A stretch of 64,000 nucleotides of DNA. Origin: Cyanidioschyzon merolae. Lineage: Eukaryota. This document shows positions 56,351 to 64,000 of this stretch, piece after piece. The stretch's first letter is position 1; each line of letters opens with the position of its first letter. Location: the NCBI GenBank assembly GCA_000091205.1, contig AP006500.2; one strand, given 5' to 3'. The position numbers and the translations under genes are program-made. The notes beneath the pieces are model-generated. The model saw only the letters and a list, made by a program, of their open reading frames with translations, did not search any database and had not been told where the DNA came from.

Positions 56351-57670
56351 TTGAACAATATGTGGGTATTCGATATCAAACTGGGTCAACGGGCATGGAT
56401 TAATGGAAGCTCGGTAGTGAATACTCCAGCAAGATATGGAGCATTGAGCGAGTCAGGCCCGAATAGTGTACCAAGTACTCGCTATGGATCAGCTTTCTGG
56501 AACATCAGATGGACCGATTCGATCATATTTGTTGGAAATGGATACATAAACACGAGCGGCAGTTACTTTCTCAATGATGTGTTTGCATTGAGGAAAGCAT
56601 TTCCTACTCCAACACCAAAACCTACGCGGACACCCACCCCCATCTGCACCGATGAGCTCTGCGGATCTCCAGGACAGTGCATCAACCAGGACGCTTACGA
56701 GCGAGTCGGGTGCTGCTTCAACGCCCAGACAAACGCGTGCACCCTGAAGAGCGTCTCAGCGGCGTGAAGCGCTGTTCCAGTGACGCAGCGCGTCACCTGC
56801 GGTTGGAGCTACATCTACCCTGATGAGTGCACTGCGATACCGGGATGCTGCTGGCAGCCCACAGCGAACGGCATCCTCGCGCCCTGGTGCTACTACGACA
56901 TCGACCATGCACCCCAGGCTTCTGTAGCGCTGCAGGAGGTGCAGGCACCGGTTCCCGTCTGCCCGTCACCGGGAGCGCAGCGCCAGCCGTGCGGCAACGC
57001 GGGTATCAACCAGTTTACCTGGTATGCCCAGGGCTGCTGCTACGACTCGCAGGCGCAGAACCAGTGGGTGCAGAACGGCAAGCAGCAGAGCGACTTTGCG
57101 TCGAACCCGTACTGCTTCCAGCCCGAGAAGACGTGCGCGGTGGGCGAGCTTGAGCGCCAGCCGCGCACGAACGCGCTGAATCAGAACCAGCAGCTGACCA
57201 ACAATAACATCAACAACAATAACCAGTTTGTGCGTCTGCTGAACACGCTCCAGTGCGGAGAGCAGCACGGGACGCAGCGCACGAGCTACGCGCCGTAGCA
57301 GTGTCTGGAGGCTGGTTGCTGCCTGGGGCTCGGCAACGAGTGCTTCCAGCCGGTTACTGAGTACGTGTGCCAGACCTACGGGTACGTCTCGAACTCGCTG
57401 AGCGGCACGACCGGCAACGTGTCGAACTCGACGTATATTCCGTGCGGCCCGGAGTGCTGCAACGCCGAGATAGAGAACTGTACGTACAACCCGTTCAGCA
57501 ACAGCAAGAACCTGCGACAACAGCAGCAGCAGCAACAGGTGCTGTTGCCGTCATTCTGTGTATGCAAGGACCCTACAAAGCAGTGCGGGACGTACCTGAT
57601 CCCTTCGGACAACCTTGTGAACAAGGTGCGTTCCTGCCGCTCTGATCAGGAGTGCATCAGCAACGAGTGA
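56351..57670 (+). CDS. secreted Cys-rich protein with several trefoil (P-type)-like domains; exon/frame structure unresolved (three ORFs: 56351..56767, 56780..57298, 57365..57670)
   Basis: Repeated motifs 'CxxxPGQCINQDAYERVGCCFNAQTNAC', 'CTAIPGCCWQPTANGILAPWCYY', 'CGNAGINQFTWYAQGCCYDSQAQNQWV...NPYCFQP' match the trefoil pattern (R..CG..gIt...C...GCCfd...pWCF.p). Gln/Asn-rich linker. Confidence 0.4.
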
Positions 57671-58426
57671 TTGTTGATTAGTCCTACTCCGACTCCGAGT
57701 GCCGTTATTTCGACTGGAACTGCGTCTCCAGGTGCGTCGGTATTGGTGTCGACCTCGACGCGTGCCTCAGCAAGTGCTTCAGTATGAACCACTGCGTTGA
57801 CGCCAGCTATCTGTACGGCCCCGCGCGCGTACACAGAACCAAAATATGTTTCAGTTATTGATATACTCATTCCATGAGGATCTTGGTTGTGCAATATAGT
57901 TCGCACGTGCATGCACGCAACCTTTCAGTCCGGGTTGGGGGCCCATAATTTAATGTTGAGGGTATCTGGACACCAAACATACCCCTAGACGGGATGTCAA
58001 CAAATATACAGATGGCGTGCGGAAAGAGGGAGTTTTTCGTACTGGGGCACAGCAGGCCGGGTCCGAATGTGCGACGGGCATGCTATTAGACCTTTTGGGT
58101 GTTTGGACTCTGCATGTGTATCTGAAACACGACTGCGGCGTAGACGACTATCTTGCATTGCCATTACGAGAGCGCCATCATGAAACTCAGTAGCAGGCGC
58201 TGCAAAATATCTTTGGCCGTTTATTATAGAAATGTCGTGTTGTGGGAGCGCCGTGCGCAGATCTGCGTCATTCAGACGGCGGTGCTTGACGCGCTCCCGT
58301 GCTGCTTACCTCAGAATACTTCGTGGAGCCTGGTGGTGGTAAGGACGGAGACAACAGTGACAACAGTACCAGCAGCTGGAGGCTCTCCTATCCCTGTAGA
58401 TTCTAAGCAACTCGTTTCCCTGGGAG

Positions 58427-60667
58427 GTGTTTTCTTTTCACTGGTGCAGAACCCCTTTCGTATCCTATATGCGAAAAAGATATTTTTCCATAGTGAGACT
58501 CCTGGTGGTAGTATTGGTTGTGTCGAGTACACACACAGTTCGTGGAGTTTTGTCCTCCGAAGATACTTTTTTATGGACCTGGATCGGTGGCAGTAACTCT
58601 ACCGGCAGTTCAGGTAGCTACGGTGTTCAGGGTGTGCCGAACACCAGCAACGTGCCTCCGGCGCGGTACGGTGCGGTCTTCTGGACCGGCGCTGACGGGG
58701 TGCTCTGGTTGTTTGGTGGTGGCAGCGACTTGAGAGACGTCTTCGGTGATCTCTGGAACTACAATCTAAGCACGTTCTCTTGGACCTGGGTTGGAGGCTC
58801 TGCATCCCTCAACTCTGCAGGGGTATACGGCTCCCGCGGAGTTCCCAACAAGAGCAACAATCCGCCTTCGAGGACGGAATCCGCTTCATGGAGCGACAGC
58901 TACGGAAACCTTTGGTTATATGGAGGCTGGAATTTTATCTCGGCCTATAGTGATTTGTGGATGTATAATGTATCGTCGGGCGAATGGACATGGGTGCAGG
59001 GATCCAACGAGACCAATGTTCCCCCGACATATGGTCCTCTTGGGAAGTCGGCTTCAAGCAACACGCCTGGCGGTCGTTACCAACCCGCGACCTGGGTTGG
59101 CCTAGATGGCCAGTTTTATCTCTTTGGTGGATTTAATCCTAGTGGATCTACTTACGGTGACTTGTGGCAGTATAACCCAGCGAACAACGAATGGAGCTGG
59201 ATAGGTGGCACTCAACAGCAGAATCCCTCTGGAAGCTATGGTAAGTTTCGCCAGGCATCGCCGAGCAATTATCCCGCTGGACGTCTCGGAGCCACATCGT
59301 GGCGAGACCTTGATGGGAACTTTTGGCTCTTTGGAGGTTTCGGACAGATTGAAACATTTGGCCGTCTCAATGATTTATGGCTGTACAATATCAGCTCCAG
59401 AGAATGGACTTGGATGTCTGGAAATGACAGTGTTGGTTTGGATGGGGAAGTATACGGCGAGAAAGGAGTGCCGTCATCGAGCAACACTCCGGGGTACAGA
59501 TCCTTTTCCTCTGGATTCCTAGATTCGACAAACACCCTGTATCTCTTCGGTGGTGTTTCACGCGCTGTCTGCAACGACCTGTGGACGTTCAATATAACGA
59601 GTCTTGAATGGACTTGGGTAGACGGTGACAATACAACGGATGGAGCCTATAGTTACGGCGAGCTTAACAAGACAAGCAATACAACGCTTCCACCTCCGCG
59701 ATACGGTGCAGTTCTTTGGGATACCTATCAAAACGACCCGGTCCTGTTCGGAGGCCTAGGCAACTCAGGTCTCCTTAACGACCTCTTCACATTATACATC
59801 GCAACACCGACGCCTGCACCGACACCAACACCGACACCAACACCGACTCCAATGGCATCACCGACGCCCTCCGTTACTGCAGAACCGTCGGCAACGACAA
59901 ATGTGACGCAGACCGCTGTAGGCGAAGGCTCTGCGGTCTGCTTCCCCGCGGATGCCTCGGTGCTGATCGATGGTCTGGGCAACCATCTGCAGATAAGCGA
60001 GCTTCGATCAGGTATGGCCGTAATGGGCGTCAATGGGCGCGGGCAACTGGTCGAAGATAGTGTACTAGGATGGTTGCATAACGAGGCCGGCGCTACTGCA
60101 GAGATTCTGGCGATCAAGACGCTTTCCGGAAAGCAGCTGCGTCTGACGAGACAGCATCTGGTATATCGAATGATCGAACACTCTAGAGACTTTTACGGTA
60201 TGACGACCGCTTTCTCGTGTATTTCACAGAAGCAGCAGCAGCAGCATCAGAAGCACATACGTCAGAGCCTTGAGTTGGATACCTCCGCCGTTGAGGCAGT
60301 TTTCGCGGAAGAAATCAGCGTTGGCGACGCTCTGCTGGACGTTGCTGCGCACCTGCCGGACCCCGTAGTGGCAATCGAGACCTTCGTTACGCACAATGGT
60401 CTCTATGCGCCGTTGACTCGCTCAGGGCGCTTTGTGGTCGACGGTGTTCTCGTGAGCTGCTACGGGACGTACGCATCGCATGCTGTGGCCCATGCAGTGT
60501 TGTGGCCTGCGCGGGTCAATGCTCTGCGCAAGGTATGGGGATCAGGGCTCGGCACAGAGGGTATTGTGGGTATCATGCCGTATGCAGAAAGGCTCTATCA
60601 CATTTGGACGAGTGCAGCACGTGTTTTAACGGAGGCTCGCATAAGTGTTGTAGTTGCAGCCTGCTGA
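58427..60667 (+). CDS. Kelch-type six-bladed beta-propeller fused via a (PT)n linker to a Hedgehog-type Hint (Hog) autoprocessing domain
   Basis: 746-aa ORF. Signal peptide 'MRKRYFSIVRLLVVVLVVSS'. Six repeats with 'W.W.GG' and 'LWLFGG...DLW.YN' Kelch signatures. 'TPTPAPTPTPTPTPTP' linker. Then 'AV|CFPADASVLIDGLGNHLQISELRSGMAVMGV' ... 'TRQHLVY' ... 'YAPLTRSGRFVVDGVLVSCYG', matching the Hint start (Cys-Phe), TxxH and terminal SCY motifs. Confidence 0.7.
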   Translation: MFSFHWCRTPFVSYMRKRYFSIVRLLVVVLVVSSTHTVRGVLSSEDTFLWTWIGGSNSTGSSGSYGVQGVPNTSNVPPARYGAVFWTGADGVLWLFGGGSDLRDVFGDLWNYNLSTFSWTWVGGSASLNSAGVYGSRGVPNKSNNPPSRTESASWSDSYGNLWLYGGWNFISAYSDLWMYNVSSGEWTWVQGSNETNVPPTYGPLGKSASSNTPGGRYQPATWVGLDGQFYLFGGFNPSGSTYGDLWQYNPANNEWSWIGGTQQQNPSGSYGKFRQASPSNYPAGRLGATSWRDLDGNFWLFGGFGQIETFGRLNDLWLYNISSREWTWMSGNDSVGLDGEVYGEKGVPSSSNTPGYRSFSSGFLDSTNTLYLFGGVSRAVCNDLWTFNITSLEWTWVDGDNTTDGAYSYGELNKTSNTTLPPPRYGAVLWDTYQNDPVLFGGLGNSGLLNDLFTLYIATPTPAPTPTPTPTPTPMASPTPSVTAEPSATTNVTQTAVGEGSAVCFPADASVLIDGLGNHLQISELRSGMAVMGVNGRGQLVEDSVLGWLHNEAGATAEILAIKTLSGKQLRLTRQHLVYRMIEHSRDFYGMTTAFSCISQKQQQQHQKHIRQSLELDTSAVEAVFAEEISVGDALLDVAAHLPDPVVAIETFVTHNGLYAPLTRSGRFVVDGVLVSCYGTYASHAVAHAVLWPARVNALRKVWGSGLGTEGIVGIMPYAERLYHIWTSAARVLTEARISVVVAAC
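59818..59848. repeat. (ACACCG/ACACCA)5 repeat encoding the PT linker of the Kelch-Hog protein
   Basis: direct reading. Confidence 0.9.
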
Positions 60668-63600
60668 TCTGGCAATCTGCGCGCAGGACAGGGGTGAACA
60701 GTACCGATGGTACCACTCTAGGTGCCGCTTTTTCTGCCATAGGATAATGTTTGAGTAATGATGGTAAAAAGCGCTCTATTGCGAAAAAGCATCCCGCAGC
60801 ATATTGTCAGGCATTTCGGTAAGGCACACAACCATAGCAACTTATACGAACGAGCAAAGTTGCATACAAGTATTGGTGTGTGCAATCGTGGAAAGCCGCG
60901 GAATACAGTTTTATGTGCGAAGAAGTACAGTAGCGCCAATGCTTCCGGAGAGCAAAAGCAGCAGCTGTCGGTTACATGAGAAAGAATGAGCAGAGGTTTG
61001 CATGGATCTATGCTTCGAAATAGTATGGTGGCTGGGGAGTTGTGGAGCGCCCCGCTCGAACATACATTCAGATATGAAAATTGGCTGTTAGCACTGTGGC
61101 GTGGTGCTTGGAACGGTGCAGTGAGAGCGATAAGGATTTGACAGTTGGGAAGATACGAGAAAAATCTATGGAAATTATTTCAAAAAAAAACGAAAAGCAA
61201 TATTGGATGCAATATGATCAAGATTCGCGACTGAATGTGGAGAAATAGAATTGGTTCTAGTCGTACAATTCTACAGCTCCTGCAGTGGAAAGCATGAAAA
61301 CGGAAAGTTATAAAGCCAAGGAGTAAATATCTCACGGTTATTCCGTTGATGCACTGCAGATGAGAAGGACTGCCAGGAAAAATATCGGCAGTGAAATGAC
61401 CCTGGCTGTCAGTAGATTTCACTACAAAGAACGTAACCACAGCCTGATCCCCATAGTTATAAAGGCAGAGTGTACTGTGCCAGAGGCTCTGCACACTGCT
61501 CCAAACTTTGTGTAGAACGATGTTTATATTTATGTTCTGGTGCCCTGGAGGGTGCACAGTATGTATATACTTCATAATTAATGCAAAGCAAGTTCCCGTG
61601 CTCATGAGCACAGTCGTGCCAGTCCTGCTGATCGCACAAGGCAGCCTACTGGTAGCAACAAACCGGTGCTTATGGAACGATCGACCTGATTGGGCCTGTC
61701 GCCACGACTCCGACCGACGAGGCGTACCCCAGAGCGAATCCTGCATACAGTGGAGCTAGTCAGAATGTCCATGATGTAAGTCTAGATGAAGCTCAAGTGG
61801 ACGCGCGACATTCAACTGGTACCTTGGAGTTTGCTACAGTCTCGTCCTGACAAGCTCCGAGTCTGCCGCGGTACCCGCGTTTGGAGTTGTTCGAGTACTG
61901 GCTCTAGTGCGTTTATCGGCATAAACCGCTACATGTCCGGAGTGAGCTAAAGGTGAAGCCAGTCTGTGCTTTGTGGATACGGAGCAGCCAGCATGTGCCA
62001 GGAGCTGCATCCGGTAAACTCTGGGTCATAAGGAATGAAGGCGAGACGCCAAGCAGCAAGCTTTGAAAAATAAACAAGAAGCCAGGACGCTAAGGTCAGA
62101 GTTTGGGTGCTCGCGATTTTTGCCTCCAACCAAGCATCCCTGAAGCAGCCGCAAGCAGACTTGTATGGGCGAAAAGCTCATTGTCATATCGGGGCCAGCT
62201 GCTCTTTGATGCCGAGGCGGCGCGGTGGCTGATTCCGCCTTCCAGGAACGGTAGCGCGGAACATTGCTATTGCTACTCTAGAGATGTGTAGGGGCAATAG
62301 CTAGACAGATTAGTGAACAGTGGTGCGTGAATTCAGTGTACGCGTACAAGAAAGAGCATAGGGAACAGTGTTGTGCGTGAATCCAACGAATCAGAATACA
62401 GACCAGAAAAAGAGGCCTCGATCATGGTCTGTTTCTAGTGCACATGTAGTTCCCTGCATGCTGCCCTGCGACAAAATGTGTTCATTCCTATAAACAATCT
62501 ATATGGATGGTAAACAATGTTGGATCTCAGCTTGTATGAAAATATACCTGGTACCGCAAGCACTGCCAAAGCGATAGACTGAGGTGCCTTGCTAGAGCGT
62601 ATTGATGGGCACGGGGGAGGGTAATCAGCGGTACTGGATCTTCTCAACTTCACAGAAAACGGTATCCGAGTCGGAATGCTGAATACGGGTCGGCAGCAGA
62701 GAAACAGATATAACGTACGCTTAGCGCCTGTGGATGCTTATGGTAAGGACGCGAAGCTAGACGTACATTCAAATCCTGAATGGACCCAACAAATTATATC
62801 CATGTACCTTGTCTGAACAACCACGGCACGCGCATCGATACGTAGGGTCCGTTTCCTGTATCAGACGCTCACTCCAGAAACGAGACCAGTCGACGTGCGA
62901 CGCACAGCTGCTGTTCGCAGTGGCGCCTAGTCCGGTGTGCTGCGTGCTGCATAGCGACCGCGCAAAGTGATTACAAGCGCCTCCTACACAATGATCGGTA
63001 GGCCGAAAAGGAGATTGGAGCTCCTAATAGAAGTAACGTGCCCACCGCTACTGTATTGCTGCCAGAGAATTTAGGGCCACGATGTAATTTTCCTATTTTG
63101 CTCTCGGATCCTCCGTGCAGTGGATCATTACGCAGGCAACAAAAGGTCCCGGACCTACAAGCTGTCGACGAAGAAATCGCACCAGAGTCGCCTGGAAGCT
63201 AGCCACTAGCAAAATTGAGCTTGGTTACGGCTAGTGCTAGGAACGCTGAAAGAGAAGAGATAGAATTCCAACTGAGAATATGATCCAAAGAAAATAAGTA
63301 GCTTTGTGCTTGCAGCTGAGTAGGGAGACTTAGAGCAAGTTCATAACCAAGAACGAAATACGTACAATGAGGACTACTGTGGATATTCGGAGATCTCTGA
63401 GACCGGTGGATATGAATGTATGGAAGAAGGGCTTGCAAACAAACATCAAAATCGTGCGAAGAAACACGATGAGGATAGCAGAGTTACAAAGCGGAGCAAA
63501 CAACACACACAGCCAATGGGCTGCTCTGAAGTCGTAGATAATTGAAAGCTAAACAATATCACGCCATGTGCAGATTTAAGGCCATTCATTAGGTACGATG

Positions 63601-63982
63601 GGAAAACGATTCGACAAGAATATAAGCAGAAATATATCGAAAATAACATAAAGTGAGCATTTTTTTTTTGTTCGGTTAAGATATTTGTGTTCCAATGGAG
63701 ACAACCTGGCACCGAGAAAGCAGCGTTTAAGTACTGTGAGATGTTGAGAGTAAAAAAAAGAAAACAAAAAATGGTGAAGAACAACACACACAAAAACAAC
63801 ACAAGCGAGCGCGCGATTCAGACCATGCGCGACGGCCAGGGCCAAAAACATAGGAAACGGCGAGGCGGTCACGCTAAAATGCATCGATACTACTGCGCGT
63901 ACAGGAGAATCCAGGTAGCCAAAAACAGAAATATGATGAAAAGGATTCCCCTCGGACCCATCGCTAGAGACATAATTACTGG

Positions 63983-64000
63983 AATGGGGGGAATGGGGGG
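63983..64000. repeat. telomeric repeat (AATGGGGGG)2 at the window edge
   Basis: Two perfect tandem 9-mers end the sequence. This unit is, from memory, the telomere repeat of Cyanidioschyzon merolae. It is preceded by a 3.3-kb AT-richer ORF-poor stretch typical of a subtelomere. Confidence 0.55.

Noticed and set aside
1-64000. Prokaryotic interpretation (operons, Shine-Dalgarno sites, IS605 with TnpA)
   Set aside because: Gene content is eukaryotic (kinesin, condensin, GATA factor, Hog domain); no TnpA/Y1 or serine recombinase ORF accompanies the TnpB-like genes; the window ends in a telomere-type repeat.

Overview
The window is eukaryotic nuclear DNA with moderately high GC (mid-50s % by eye). 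Long uninterrupted ORFs encode typical eukaryotic proteins: condensin subunit 1, a C-terminal-motor kinesin-14, a GATA zinc-finger factor, a dual-specificity phosphatase, a PAP2 lipid phosphatase, a patatin-like phospholipase, an EFG1-like protein and a light-dependent protochlorophyllide oxidoreductase. The host is therefore an intron-poor photosynthetic protist. The last 18 nt of the window are two perfect AATGGGGGG units. From memory this is the telomere repeat of the red alga Cyanidioschyzon merolae, so the right edge is most likely a chromosome end. The most unusual content is in the ~32 kb next to that end: three copies and one solo terminus of a ~2.4-2.7 kb element encoding a TnpB/Fanzor-like RuvC nuclease (RuvC-I '[10 protein letters not shown]', a zinc-finger-like 'DEFRTSCTHHELGC', RuvC-III 'NRDFNAAINI'). 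Two copies are young and one is old and degenerate (31950-33830). All three nuclease ORFs are disrupted. The element's 3' terminal block carries a conserved hairpin and an absolutely conserved 75-nt core, which is where an omegaRNA scaffold would be expected. The copies are interleaved with secreted-protein genes (a cupin, a trefoil-domain array and a Kelch-propeller/Hedgehog-Hint fusion) and a POR gene that carries a homopolymer frameshift. No rRNA, CRISPR or convincing tRNA was found.
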